This document shows positions 19,346 to 30,066 of a stretch of 64,000 nt of DNA, piece after piece. The position numbers and the translations under genes are program-made. This DNA comes from Bacilli bacterium. GTDB lineage: Bacteria; Bacillota_I; Bacilli_A; RFN20; CAG-826. The notes below the pieces were generated by a model. The model was given only the letters and a program-made list of their open reading frames with translations. It ran no database searches and was not told the origin of the DNA. The stretch covers positions 75,388 to 139,387 of the forward strand of contig JAFRPF010000031.1 in the NCBI GenBank assembly GCA_017429285.1, in the 5' to 3' direction. Numbering within the stretch: position 1 is the first letter of the stretch; the number at the start of each line of letters is the position of its first letter.

Positions 19346-21298
19346 CTACTTGTTATGGACGACAATCATCGTCGTTTCTGGTTTAATAATAATCTTTTCT
19401 TTCTTGGAAAGATTTTTATTTAAATATTTGATGTTTTGGAAATCGTGTTCCATTTCTTCTGGAGTATCAGATAATGTTAAGGCATTACCAATTCCAGATA
19501 AGACTTTGCCAGTCACATTAACCACACCACCAACAGTGCTTCCCAAGGCTCCCATAATCGTGGTCTTTTCTTTTTCTCCAATAAAACCTATTGGTAAATA
19601 TTCTTCATTACTTGAATTATAAACAGCGTTTACAAATTCACCTTTAGAAGCGAATTCATTAGTAGAATCACCAAATAATTCTTTGCCTTGTCTAATTTCA
19701 AAAGCAATCTTACTTTCAACGTCAGGCATTAATAAGTCTTCATATAATTTATGAGCTTTTTCATTACATAGTAATTGTGCCATATAAACCGCAACAATTT
19801 GATTAGCGATAATAACACCGCTAATATTTAAACTCTCTAATGAGAATCTATTTGTGGGTTCAAATATTTCAGCGAATACTTCAACATCTTTAGAAAGTTC
19901 CTTGTTGGCCTTAATTTTGATTAAAGATAAGAAGACATTACTATCGATATTATCCTCGCTAGCGTTACTATCAGAAAGTATCAATACTTTCTTTCTACCT
20001 TTTGTTTTCTTGAAATCATCAAATAATCTCTCGATATCAACATCGCTTGGTAAAACCTTTAAGTTGATGTTTCCTTCTTTCTTATTATTAAATCTAGAAA
20101 CCGCTTCTTTAATAGCTTCAGATCTTTCATTTTCACCAATAACAAATAAGTTAAAGGCGCTGGTAGATAAGTTCTTTTCGATTTTAATCTCTTTAGAGTA
20201 TTTCTTTTTAAATAAAGATTTATGGATTAAAAATTCTTTTGTCGCACTGACGAATAAATGTTCTTTACCTAAATTATCTTCGTATTTAAATGAAGGTAAA
20301 CAGGATGAATATCTCGTTAATGCTTCTTTAACTGATAGATTAGAATCTATTGGATAATAACTTCCTCCTTTAAAGGAGAGTAATGAATAATATAAATCAG
20401 CGTAATCAGCATTAATCGCAGTCTTAGTTAAAACGTGACCAACGATTGTGTTTCTAGAGAAGATAGCGATATGTGTTTCGCTTAAATTATTAGAAGCTTG
20501 CATTAAATCATGAATATTTTTACTAACTTCTGGATCATCAGTTTCAATAACTACATTCACTTTCTTACTAATAGAAAGCACAGTCATCAAAATCTTAAAA
20601 GATGTGGAATCACTTTGCTTAGATGAATTAAGCCAAGAAGAGGCTCCTAAAATAGCGATAGATTCCGCTTTATCGATATTAATTTCTTTCAAAGCTTTTC
20701 TAGAAGCAGGGTTACCTTGTTTTACAAAGATCTTTAAATGCTTTTTACTAGTTCCTGTTTCTAAAAATAAGTTATCAATTTCATCTTGAATTTTTTCTCT
20801 ATCTTTTTCAGAAAGAACAACGATAGTTTTATTACCGTTCATGAAAGATATTTCTCTAATCAAATTCGCCCCAACAGCGGACCATTCTAAAATGACGTAA
20901 TGATGTTTAATTTTCACCTTACCAATGTTATGGATTCTTTTATCAAACATCGCTTGAAGAATAGATGTTGCTAAACCGATAAGCGCACCCGTAAAGGTAA
21001 TCATTTGAAGAATTGATAAGATAATCTTCATGATCACAACTGAATTAGGTGCTAAATCATAAATACCACCTGTGTTCATCGTAAAGACAGCGCAGTATTC
21101 AAGGTTCTTTAAATAAGATGCCCAGTTAATAGCCATCACCACGCCATCTTTTTCAATACCCTTCATCAAATAGGTCATTATTAATGCTGCTAAGGCAATA
21201 AGTATTAAGTTATAGATGACTAAAATATTGAAGATGACAAAATAGGGATGAGAGTAATAAAACAGTTTAAAACGATTTGGTTGCTTTCTTCTTAACAT
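19346..21298 (-). CDS. Putative ion channel with tandem RCK-like domains (CASTOR/POLLUX-like)
   Basis: Has N-terminal TM helices and a pore-loop-like FTMNTGGIYD. HHYVILEWSAVGANLIREI suggests a Rossmann-like RCK start, with a second similar region (FNLFVIGENERSEAIKEA). The ATG at 21298 has a GGAGG RBS. Confidence 0.55.
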   Translation of the reverse strand: MLRRKQPNRFKLFYYSHPYFVIFNILVIYNLILIALAALIMTYLMKGIEKDGVVMAINWASYLKNLEYCAVFTMNTGGIYDLAPNSVVIMKIILSILQMITFTGALIGLATSILQAMFDKRIHNIGKVKIKHHYVILEWSAVGANLIREISFMNGNKTIVVLSEKDREKIQDEIDNLFLETGTSKKHLKIFVKQGNPASRKALKEINIDKAESIAILGASSWLNSSKQSDSTSFKILMTVLSISKKVNVVIETDDPEVSKNIHDLMQASNNLSETHIAIFSRNTIVGHVLTKTAINADYADLYYSLLSFKGGSYYPIDSNLSVKEALTRYSSCLPSFKYEDNLGKEHLFVSATKEFLIHKSLFKKKYSKEIKIEKNLSTSAFNLFVIGENERSEAIKEAVSRFNNKKEGNINLKVLPSDVDIERLFDDFKKTKGRKKVLILSDSNASEDNIDSNVFLSLIKIKANKELSKDVEVFAEIFEPTNRFSLESLNISGVIIANQIVAVYMAQLLCNEKAHKLYEDLLMPDVESKIAFEIRQGKELFGDSTNEFASKGEFVNAVYNSSNEEYLPIGFIGEKEKTTIMGALGSTVGGVVNVTGKVLSGIGNALTLSDTPEEMEHDFQNIKYLNKNLSKKEKIIIKPETTMIVVHNK

Positions 21299-21337
21299 AA
21301 TAAAAACCTCCAAAAATCAACGCAAAACAGCGATATT

Positions 21338-22549
21338 TTATATTTTTTCAATTAATTTCCAAGTTCCCACCATGGCTTTAACTTTAAGTTTGGCTTCTTT
21401 TTCACTAATCTCATTTTTTAAGAATGAGTGAATTAATCTAGCGACTTCACGGGCATTAGCTTCAGTACAACCTCTAGTGGTCACAGCCGCAAATCCGATA
21501 CGTAAACCAGATGTTTTATTTGGTTTTAATGTATCACCAGGAATCATATTTTTATTAGTGGTGATATTGATTTCTTCTAGTTTCTTTTGAGCATCTAAGC
21601 CAGTGATACCAAATGAATCTAAAACGTTAAGTAAGAATAAATGGTTATCAGTGTCACTGACGATATCGCCAAGTTTTTTAAATTCGTCTCTACACGCTTT
21701 AGTGTTTTTAATAACGTTTTTGGCATATTCTTTGAAATCTGGTTGTAAGGCTTCTTTAAAACAGATGGCTTTCGCAGCAATGATATGTTCAAGTGGTCCA
21801 CCTTGATAGAATGGGAAGACCGCACTATTGATCTTTTTAATAAGTTCTTCACTATTGGTTAATATTAAACCACCACGAGGGCCTCTTAAGGTCTTATGAG
21901 TTGTGGATGTAACGACATCAGCGTATGGAACAGGATTCATATGCTCACCCGCTGCTACTAAACCAGCAATGTGAGCCATATCAACCATGAAGTAAGCCCC
22001 TACTTCTTTAGCAATCTCACTTAATCTTTTGAAATCTATCGCGTATGGATAAGCACTATAACCTGCTAATAAGACATTAGGTTTTTCTTGCTTGGCAAGT
22101 TCTAAAATAGAATCGTAATTTAAATGTCCTGTTTTATCCAAAGGATAAAAGACAAACTCATAACTATGGGAAGAGAAACTAACATTACTACCATGAGTTA
22201 AGTGACCACCATCATTTAAAACTAATGATAAAATCTTACCGCCTTCTGGTAATAAAGCACGATAAGCAGCAGCATTAGCTTGAGATCCACTATGTGGTTG
22301 TACATTAGCAAATTTACTTCCGAATAATTCACATGCTCTATCGATAGCGAGTTGTTCAACTTTATCAACGTATTCACAACCGCCGTAATATCTTTTATTT
22401 GGATATCCTTCGGCATATTTATTAGTCAAGATTGAAGAACAGACTTTTCTTACATCTTTACTCGCATAGTTTTCACTAGCGATTAATTCCACACCTTCAT
22501 TTTGTCTTTTTGTTTCTTTTCTGATTAAACGATTAATTTCTTTATCCAT
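21338..22549 (-). CDS. glyA: Serine hydroxymethyltransferase
   Basis: LIASENYAS, HLTHGS and TSTTHKTLRGPRGG (PLP lysine) are SHMT motifs. Confidence 0.95.
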   Translation of the reverse strand: MDKEINRLIRKETKRQNEGVELIASENYASKDVRKVCSSILTNKYAEGYPNKRYYGGCEYVDKVEQLAIDRACELFGSKFANVQPHSGSQANAAAYRALLPEGGKILSLVLNDGGHLTHGSNVSFSSHSYEFVFYPLDKTGHLNYDSILELAKQEKPNVLLAGYSAYPYAIDFKRLSEIAKEVGAYFMVDMAHIAGLVAAGEHMNPVPYADVVTSTTHKTLRGPRGGLILTNSEELIKKINSAVFPFYQGGPLEHIIAAKAICFKEALQPDFKEYAKNVIKNTKACRDEFKKLGDIVSDTDNHLFLLNVLDSFGITGLDAQKKLEEINITTNKNMIPGDTLKPNKTSGLRIGFAAVTTRGCTEANAREVARLIHSFLKNEISEKEAKLKVKAMVGTWKLIEKI

Positions 22550-22661
22550 AGTTATTCTCCTTGCTTCATAAATAAAGTTTTATTACTGTTTTCTCTTTTC
22601 TTTAGAAATGAGATTTCTTTAATATTTTATTATTTTAATATGATGAAATGAATACTTTTTA

Positions 22662-22688
22662 TAAAAAAGAAACCCACGACAGGTTTCT
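22662..22688 (-). terminator. Rho-independent terminator after the 770-aa GH2 gene
   Basis: On the minus strand GAAACC-tgtcgtg-GGTTTC is followed by TTTTTT. The stem touches the stop codon. Confidence 0.75.
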
Positions 22689-24999
22689 ATTTAACCTCTA
22701 ATGAGATTTCTTTTTCTATATCGTCCATCTTCACCTTGATAGTGCCAACTCCCTTTTCTTTTTTTGAAAAGACAAATAGAGATAACTGACCGCCTAATAA
22801 ACACTGATCTTTTTCACCAAGCACTCTAATTGGACCACTAGTTTCGATATGAATAATACGATTAGAATATTGCATTAAGGTTCCATTATTATCGACATGT
22901 TTTAAAACAATTCTGGTCGCATCATAAGTATCTTCATTAACTAATGTTTTCTTATTGCATTCAATAGATAAATCAAATTTAACAGACGCTCCTAATTTCT
23001 TAGTGACCACTAGTTCATCGTTTTTATATCCCTTAAAGACGAAGCTTTTAGCTTCTCCACCCCATGAACCGATACAATTATTATAAATTTCCACTACATC
23101 ACCATAATTGATCTTATATCTAGTCATGACGTAGAAAAGGAAGAGAAGTTCTCTTTTTCTTAAATGAGTAAAACCATCCATCGCTGCGTGTGTAAAGCAT
23201 TTAGCAATCTTTAACCATAATCTTTCTGGAACTTTTCCATATTTAAATGTTTTACCCACTAATTCATCAACAAGAATTGGAGGATGTGGTAAATATTTAA
23301 ATCTATTTCTTTTTGGATAAAAGCGCTTTACGAATTCCCCGTTTTTAAATAGATCAAAATAATCACAGTTAGTCGCAACATAGATTTCAGAATATTTACC
23401 TTCAGGATAATCTCCTGCTTTCATAGAAGATAAAACTTCTAACATTGGTTCCTTATTACCTTGAGAAGCATAAATATAGGAAGATAATTTTGGATTTCGA
23501 TATAAATCAAAAACACCATGAGGACATATACGATCACCTGAACCAAAATCAACATGGGTGTGATAATCAAATGCGCACCAACCAATCGCACCACAGATGT
23601 TGTCATATTTAAAATTATCATCTTGAACTTTCGCATGTCTTAGCGCTAATTCAACTTTAGTTAATTCATCGGTCGTTGGTTTAACTGGGAACATATGTCC
23701 TAAATATTCAGTAACGAGGTATGGATGTTTATTAGTTTTCACGCCTTTTGGATTAATTAGACCATGCTCTTTCGAGCCATTAGAAAAGTCGTTATATGCG
23801 TAAATATCCTCTAAAAGTTCACTATTTTTGAAGTTTCTGACTCCTAAAGTCTGTCTAGTAGGATCTAATTGATGTGCTAATTCATTAGCCTTTAAATATA
23901 GTTCATGATCATCTTGAGATTCATCAATTCTGACGCCATGGGCAATTAAAGAAGGATGGTTTCTTTGAGTGATAATCATCTTCTCAAGATTAGATATGAA
24001 ATTATTTCTCCACGCTTCTTCTTTACCAACATATTGCCAACCCGGAATTTCATTTACTGTCAATAAGCCAATCTCATCACAGCGATTTAAGAAATGTTCA
24101 CTATGTGGATAATGGGATTGTCTAACAACATTTATACCAAGGACATTTTTTAATAAATCAGCATCTTCTTCCTGCATCGCTTTTGGCATCGCATAGCCAA
24201 CAAAGGGATAGCCTTGATGTCTATTTAAACCAACAAGTTTGACTTTACGGTTATTTAAATAGAATCCATCTCTTTTAAACACTGCACTTCTAAAGCCAAT
24301 CTTGTTAATGTATTCTTCTTTGTTGTTTCCACAGTTAATCGTGGTAACTAATGTATATAAATTTGGTTGATCAATATCCCATAATTTTGGATAATCGACT
24401 TTAAAATTATCTTCGCCAGATTCTAGGACTAATTGGTCATCAAAATATAGTTTATGAGATACTTCTCCATTACCAAATTTTTCATAACTAACATTAACGT
24501 TTCCATAAATATCAGTTTTAACAAAAATATCTTCTAAATATGATTCCGGGTGAATTAATAAATTCACCTCTCTATAAATTCCCGAGAAAGTTAAATAGTC
24601 CACAACAAAGCCAAATGGTGGAACGTCTTTATCTTCTCTTGAGTCCAAAACAACGATTAATTCATTGCCTTTTTGTTTTAAATAACTAGTGATATCAATC
24701 TTTACTTTTGTATAACCAGAAATATGTTCACCTAAGTCATTTCCGTTAAGGTAAATTCTGGCCTTTAACATAAAGCCATCAAACACTATTTGAATAATCT
24801 TATTCTTAATATCTTCTGTTACATCAAAAATCTTACGATAGGTAGAAACAAATTGATAAGACTTCTCATCAAAATAGTTATAGGGAACTTCTTTTGCTGA
24901 GTGAGGAATATTAACTTTTTCTCCACCAGGAAATTTTTCTAAATAGCTCTTTTCATATTTAGGAATAAATTCCCAGTCAAAGTTTAATGGCTGCCTCAT
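22687..24999 (-). CDS. Glycoside hydrolase family 2 (beta-galactosidase/beta-glucuronidase-like), 770 aa
   Basis: Shows the GH2 sugar-binding, Ig-like and TIM-barrel pattern (NVVRQSHYPHSEHFLNRCDEIGLLTVNEIPGW). It is in an operon with galK and galM. Confidence 0.85.
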   Translation of the reverse strand: MRQPLNFDWEFIPKYEKSYLEKFPGGEKVNIPHSAKEVPYNYFDEKSYQFVSTYRKIFDVTEDIKNKIIQIVFDGFMLKARIYLNGNDLGEHISGYTKVKIDITSYLKQKGNELIVVLDSREDKDVPPFGFVVDYLTFSGIYREVNLLIHPESYLEDIFVKTDIYGNVNVSYEKFGNGEVSHKLYFDDQLVLESGEDNFKVDYPKLWDIDQPNLYTLVTTINCGNNKEEYINKIGFRSAVFKRDGFYLNNRKVKLVGLNRHQGYPFVGYAMPKAMQEEDADLLKNVLGINVVRQSHYPHSEHFLNRCDEIGLLTVNEIPGWQYVGKEEAWRNNFISNLEKMIITQRNHPSLIAHGVRIDESQDDHELYLKANELAHQLDPTRQTLGVRNFKNSELLEDIYAYNDFSNGSKEHGLINPKGVKTNKHPYLVTEYLGHMFPVKPTTDELTKVELALRHAKVQDDNFKYDNICGAIGWCAFDYHTHVDFGSGDRICPHGVFDLYRNPKLSSYIYASQGNKEPMLEVLSSMKAGDYPEGKYSEIYVATNCDYFDLFKNGEFVKRFYPKRNRFKYLPHPPILVDELVGKTFKYGKVPERLWLKIAKCFTHAAMDGFTHLRKRELLFLFYVMTRYKINYGDVVEIYNNCIGSWGGEAKSFVFKGYKNDELVVTKKLGASVKFDLSIECNKKTLVNEDTYDATRIVLKHVDNNGTLMQYSNRIIHIETSGPIRVLGEKDQCLLGGQLSLFVFSKKEKGVGTIKVKMDDIEKEISLEVK

Positions 25000-25008
25000 A
25001 CATTCACC

Positions 25009-26145
25009 TTATTTATTAAGGATAGAAACACAGAAAACATGTTTCTCACCATATTTATTTTTCATGACTTCTAAATATCTAGTTAATTTATCCTTTGGAA
25101 CAATACAGATAATGGATCCACCAAAACCACCGCCATTGATTTTGCTCGTTCCTTGATAGTCCATCGCGGCATTAGAAATATCGATGGCTTCTGCTAATGA
25201 ACCTTTATATTCATCGTTCACCATCGCATTTCTTAAATAGTTACGAGAAGAGATTTCACTTTCCTTCACACAACTAAAAAACCCTTTAAAATCCCCATTT
25301 TTTAGATAAATAACGGCTTTTTCGACACGTTTATTCTCATCGAAGAAGTGTCTCGCTCTTTCGTATTCACCTTTAGTTAAAAGACTCTTTTTCTTCTCTA
25401 AATCTTCTTCATTACATTCTCTTAAAAAATTATGGCCAAGCTTTTTAGCGGCGTTCCACATATCATCAGTGATTGAGGAATATAGATGGCTTAATGAAGC
25501 GTGGCTTTTACCAGTATCCACGATGACAAATTGATAATCTTTAAAGTCTTCATGAAGAATTTCAATCTCTGGTTTTTCAATGTTGGCAAAATCGATATAA
25601 GAGATGCCCATAGAGGCACAGGCGATTTGATCTAATAAGCCACTCTTCTTACCGAAGTAATTATTTTCAGCATATTGGCCAGCTTTACATAAATCTAAAA
25701 TTGAGATTTTATTATCGTTATATAAATCGTTAAATATCTTACCGATTAATATTTCAAAGGCCGCGGAAGAAGAAACTCCTGCTCCTGGAGGTACTAATGA
25801 TTCAGTATAAACGGAGAAACCTCCAATTTTATAACCATGTAATTTGAAATAATGAGCGATACCTCTAATAAAACAAGCGGAATTATCCACCGTTTCCTTT
25901 TGTGGTTCAGTGTTATCTAAAGATATTTCAAATTCACATTGTCCTTTAGACACTAATTTCACAATATTGTTAGCTTCTTTACCATACGCTCCTTCGATCA
26001 CTAAAGAACAGGTCGATGCTAATGTTTTACCATGGTTATGGTCGGTGTGGTTGCCAAGCATTTCAAAACGACCACCACTTTGTAAAAAACCTTCGGCTTC
26101 TTTTTGATAATATCTTTGATATTCTTTTAATACTTCTTCTCTCAT
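25009..26145 (-). CDS. galK: Galactokinase (GHMP kinase)
   Basis: GNHTDHN (galactokinase signature-like), PPGAGVSSSAAFE and GGGFGGS are present. Confidence 0.85.
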   Translation of the reverse strand: MREEVLKEYQRYYQKEAEGFLQSGGRFEMLGNHTDHNHGKTLASTCSLVIEGAYGKEANNIVKLVSKGQCEFEISLDNTEPQKETVDNSACFIRGIAHYFKLHGYKIGGFSVYTESLVPPGAGVSSSAAFEILIGKIFNDLYNDNKISILDLCKAGQYAENNYFGKKSGLLDQIACASMGISYIDFANIEKPEIEILHEDFKDYQFVIVDTGKSHASLSHLYSSITDDMWNAAKKLGHNFLRECNEEDLEKKKSLLTKGEYERARHFFDENKRVEKAVIYLKNGDFKGFFSCVKESEISSRNYLRNAMVNDEYKGSLAEAIDISNAAMDYQGTSKINGGGFGGSIICIVPKDKLTRYLEVMKNKYGEKHVFCVSILNK

Positions 26146-27023
26146 AATTTCTTAAATGTATAACTTATATAGTGGTTATAAGTTTGGCCTATTAACAATT
26201 CCTTTCTATTTAATTGATCCCCTTGAGGTTCTATCGCTAGACCACGATATTTATTGTTCTTGCTATTAAAGGAAATAAAATCAAATGGGAAGTGGTCAGT
26301 GAATATTTGTACTGCCTTATAATCAGTTTTAATATCCATCTGATATTTCTTTGATTTTAAAGACACTTCATTATCTAATAAGATAAATGAATTATCAATG
26401 TCTCCGCATTCCTTTAAGCATTTATAATCATTAAAATCCCATCTTTTTGGTAATGGTTGATATCTAACTGGTAATAATCTATCATCCACTTCGATATATT
26501 TATCGGTTTTAATTTTTAAATATAAATTATCTTTGTCATCTTCTCCTAAAGAGAAATATGAATGATTAGTTAAGGCTAATAAACAAGGCTTATCACATGT
26601 TGCGAGATAATTAACTCTTAAAGTATTATCAATTAATTCATATATAACTTTAATTAATAAATTACCTGGATAGCCAGCTTCGTTATCTTTGGATAAATAG
26701 GAAAAAATCACTTTGTTATCTTGCTTTTCAACATCAAAATATTGATTTGATAAACCATTAAATCCACCATGAAGAGAAACACTATTATCGTTATCTTCTA
26801 ATTTATATTCTTTTGAATAATTAATCGGTAATCTACCACATACTCTTCCGATGGTTTTACCAAAATAATAATTATTTAGTTTGATATCTTCTTTATTTAT
26901 TGAAGCCACTAACATGTCTTTATTATTAAAGATGATTCTATATAAAGAAGCGCCTAAAGAACATAGTTCAACTTTTAAGAATTGATTTTCTAATGTAATG
27001 AATTGATTTATTCTACTCTTCAT
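26142..27023 (-). CDS. galM: Aldose 1-epimerase (mutarotase)
   Basis: LHGGFNG and TNHSYFSL motifs are present, and the stop forms an ATGA overlap with the galK start. I prefer the ATG at 27023 (MKSRINQFITLENQ...) to the TTG at 27044. Confidence 0.8.
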   Translation of the reverse strand: MKSRINQFITLENQFLKVELCSLGASLYRIIFNNKDMLVASINKEDIKLNNYYFGKTIGRVCGRLPINYSKEYKLEDNDNSVSLHGGFNGLSNQYFDVEKQDNKVIFSYLSKDNEAGYPGNLLIKVIYELIDNTLRVNYLATCDKPCLLALTNHSYFSLGEDDKDNLYLKIKTDKYIEVDDRLLPVRYQPLPKRWDFNDYKCLKECGDIDNSFILLDNEVSLKSKKYQMDIKTDYKAVQIFTDHFPFDFISFNSKNNKYRGLAIEPQGDQLNRKELLIGQTYNHYISYTFKKL

Positions 27024-27069
27024 ACCTAGTTTATAGTATCTCAATTTACATATTTTTTATATATAAAAA

Positions 27070-27078
27070 TGTTATAAT
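27070..27078 (+). promoter_or_regulatory. Extended -10 promoter element for the transporter-GH2-xdhC-like operon
   Basis: TGtTATAAT lies 19 nt upstream of the ATG at 27097. I saw no good -35. Confidence 0.5.
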
Positions 27079-27096
27079 ATTAACGAGGTTTTCTAT

Positions 27097-28404
27097 ATGA
27101 ATGACAAAATAGGAATTCGCCGCTGGCTATCCTTCATCATTGCAGGTTTTGTGGGCCAATTAGCCTGGGCGATTGAAAACAATTATTTTAATTTATATGT
27201 TTTTGACTGCACTCAAGAATATATCTTTATTCCCATTATGACTGCCGCTAGTGCAGTGGCAGCCACATTAACAACTTTATTAATGGGGGCATTATCCGAT
27301 CGATTAGGTAAAAGAAAAGCTTTTGTCTCCTTCGGTTACATCCTTTGGGGTATATCAATTATCATGTTTGCTTTCTTAGATCCAAAATCAAAGATGTCTA
27401 TCGTTGCAGGATCAACTTTATTAGCAGGAACAATGATTGTCATTATGGACTGCGTGATGACCTTCTTTGGTAGCACCGCTAACGATGCGGCATTTAATGC
27501 TTTTGTGACTGATAACACTACGAATAATAACCGTGCTAAAGTCGAAAGTGTTTTATCAGTTATGCCACTTATCTCTATGATCGCGGTCGTTGGTTTAGGT
27601 GGAGCTTTAACAAAAGACGGACATGTTAATTGGCCAATATTCTTTTATATCTTTGGTGGCTTAACCGTTCTTGTTGGTGCGATATGTATTTTCTTATTAC
27701 CAAAAGACGTTGTTACTCCAAATAAAGAAGAACCATATATCAAAAATATTTTCTATGGATTTAGACCAAGTGTTATCAAAAACAATGTAGTTCTCTACTT
27801 AATTCTTATTACATTCTCTGTTTTCTCGATCGGAATTCAAGTATTTATGCCTTATTTAATGGTCTATGTACAACAAGTATTAGATATTAAAGATTTGAAC
27901 TTTACGATTACTCTAGGTGTCGTATTAATCGTTGCTTCAATCATTACCGTAGTCTTCGGTTTATTCATGGATAAAATTGGTAAAAATAAGATTATTATCC
28001 CAGCGATCGCTATTACGGTAATTGGTGGTGTCACAATGTTCTTAATTAAAACTATGGCGGGAGTTATGATCGGCGGCACAGTTTTAATGACTGGTTATAT
28101 GGTGGGCACTGCGATATTAAACGCAAAGATAAGAGACTATACTCCAAAGAATGAAGTTGGTTTATTCCAAGGTGTGAGAATGATCTTCTTTGTGATGATT
28201 CCAATGGTGACAGGACCATATATTGGTCAAGGTGTCTCTTATATCAATAAGATGGAATATGTTAACGAATATGGAAAAACTGTTGTCCAACCAAATTCAT
28301 TTATCTTCTTATTCGCTGCGATCGTCATCTCTTTAGCGGTTATCCCAACTATTATCATGTTTAAAAAGGAAAAAGATAATGTTGAACAAGAAACAATATC
28401 TTAA
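27097..28404 (+). CDS. MFS/GPH-family glycoside-cation symporter
   Basis: About 12 TM segments, with LSDRLGKRK (the MFS loop 2-3 motif). It neighbours the GH2 genes. Confidence 0.8.
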   Translation: MNDKIGIRRWLSFIIAGFVGQLAWAIENNYFNLYVFDCTQEYIFIPIMTAASAVAATLTTLLMGALSDRLGKRKAFVSFGYILWGISIIMFAFLDPKSKMSIVAGSTLLAGTMIVIMDCVMTFFGSTANDAAFNAFVTDNTTNNNRAKVESVLSVMPLISMIAVVGLGGALTKDGHVNWPIFFYIFGGLTVLVGAICIFLLPKDVVTPNKEEPYIKNIFYGFRPSVIKNNVVLYLILITFSVFSIGIQVFMPYLMVYVQQVLDIKDLNFTITLGVVLIVASIITVVFGLFMDKIGKNKIIIPAIAITVIGGVTMFLIKTMAGVMIGGTVLMTGYMVGTAILNAKIRDYTPKNEVGLFQGVRMIFFVMIPMVTGPYIGQGVSYINKMEYVNEYGKTVVQPNSFIFLFAAIVISLAVIPTIIMFKKEKDNVEQETIS

Positions 28405-30064
28405 TGAATATCCTCGTCCTCAACTAGTAAGAGATAGTTATCTATCACTTAATGGCGTTTGGGATTATGCGATTAGGGAAGAAAAAAACATTCCTAATTC
28501 TTTTGATGGAAAAATAAATGTTCCCTATTCACCAGAAACCGAATTAAGCGGGGTAAATAAAATCTTAAAGCCTAATGAATATCTTTTCTATCGCTTAAAG
28601 TTTAAGATTGATAAGTCGTTTATCAAAGATAAAGTCATATTACATTTTCTCGCTGTTGATCAAATCGCGGAAGTCTATTTAAACGACCAATATTTAGGTC
28701 AACATATCGGAGGATATCTACCTTTTTCTTTTGAAATCCAAGATTATATTAAAGAAGAAAATGAACTTATCGTGAGAGTGAAAGATTATTCTGATACTTC
28801 TTATTATTCTCGCGGTAAGCAAAAGATAAATAGAGGAGGTATTTGGTATACTCCTCAATCCGGTATTTATATGCCGGTATTTATTGAATCAGTTAGTGAT
28901 GATTATATCAAAGATATAAAACTTACTCCTGATATCGATAACTCCTTATTAACAATATGTGTAAACTCATCTTCAAAAGAAGTGAAATTTATTTTAGATA
29001 ATAAAGAAGAAATTATACCGACGAACAAAGAAGTAGGTATTCATATTAATAATCCACATTTATGGTCCCCAGAAGATCCATATTTATACCATTTCACACT
29101 CAAAACTAATCATGATGAAGTTAGTTCATATTTTGCTTTAAGAAAAGTATCCACAACTATTTATAAGGGACATAAAGTTATCGCTTTAAACAATAAACCT
29201 TATTTTATGAAAGGAGTTTTAGACCAAGGATATTATAAGAAAGGTTTATACACTCCTAAATCATATGAGGATTATGAAAAAGATTTATTATTAATTAAAT
29301 CATTAGGTTTTAACACTGTTAGAAAGCACATCAAAATAGAAGCCCCAATTTGGTATTATCTTTGCGATAAATTAGGTTTATTAGTGTGGCAAGATTTCAT
29401 TAATGGTGGTGCCAAATATAAGTTTTCTACAATCGCTTTCCCACTTATTACCGGCATTCATAAAAATGACCATAAATATAAAGCTTTTGCGAGAAATGAA
29501 AAAGAAGGAAGAGAGTTCGCTATTAAGGAATTTATAGACACAATAAAATATTTATATAATGTGCCTAGTATTGTCCTTTGGACAATCTTCAATGAAGGTT
29601 GGGGACAATTTGATTCTAAAGAGGTCTATAAAGAAATGTTAAAAATAGATAATACGAGATTATATGACCACGCCTCTGGTTGGCATGATCAAGGTATAAG
29701 TGACACTAAATCGTTACATGTCTATTTTAAGAAAGTAAAAATGCCTAATAAGAAAAAGATTAATAATCGTGTGGTTATATTATCTGAATTCGGTGGATTC
29801 TTATTACCGATAGAAGGCCACACTCAATACGGCAAGAAAACCTATCGTTCATTTACTAGTGAAGATGAATGGTTAAAAACATATGAGAAATGTATCAAGA
29901 GAGATGTTATAAATAATATTAATAAAGGTTTAAGTGCTTCTATATATACACAATTAAGTGATGTTGAAGATGAAATGAATGGATTTATCACTTATGATAG
30001 AGAAGTAATAAAAATAAAACCCGAGAAAATAAAGGCAATTAACAATAAAATTAAATTCGAATAA
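28379..30064 (+). CDS. Glycoside hydrolase family 2 protein, 561 aa
   Basis: The N-terminus is EYPRPQLVRDSYLSLNGVWDYA, and a catalytic-region-like WTIFNEGWGQ is present. It overlaps the transporter 3' end by 26 nt. Confidence 0.8.
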   Translation: MLNKKQYLNEYPRPQLVRDSYLSLNGVWDYAIREEKNIPNSFDGKINVPYSPETELSGVNKILKPNEYLFYRLKFKIDKSFIKDKVILHFLAVDQIAEVYLNDQYLGQHIGGYLPFSFEIQDYIKEENELIVRVKDYSDTSYYSRGKQKINRGGIWYTPQSGIYMPVFIESVSDDYIKDIKLTPDIDNSLLTICVNSSSKEVKFILDNKEEIIPTNKEVGIHINNPHLWSPEDPYLYHFTLKTNHDEVSSYFALRKVSTTIYKGHKVIALNNKPYFMKGVLDQGYYKKGLYTPKSYEDYEKDLLLIKSLGFNTVRKHIKIEAPIWYYLCDKLGLLVWQDFINGGAKYKFSTIAFPLITGIHKNDHKYKAFARNEKEGREFAIKEFIDTIKYLYNVPSIVLWTIFNEGWGQFDSKEVYKEMLKIDNTRLYDHASGWHDQGISDTKSLHVYFKKVKMPNKKKINNRVVILSEFGGFLLPIEGHTQYGKKTYRSFTSEDEWLKTYEKCIKRDVINNINKGLSASIYTQLSDVEDEMNGFITYDREVIKIKPEKIKAINNKIKFE

Positions 30065-30066
30065 TT

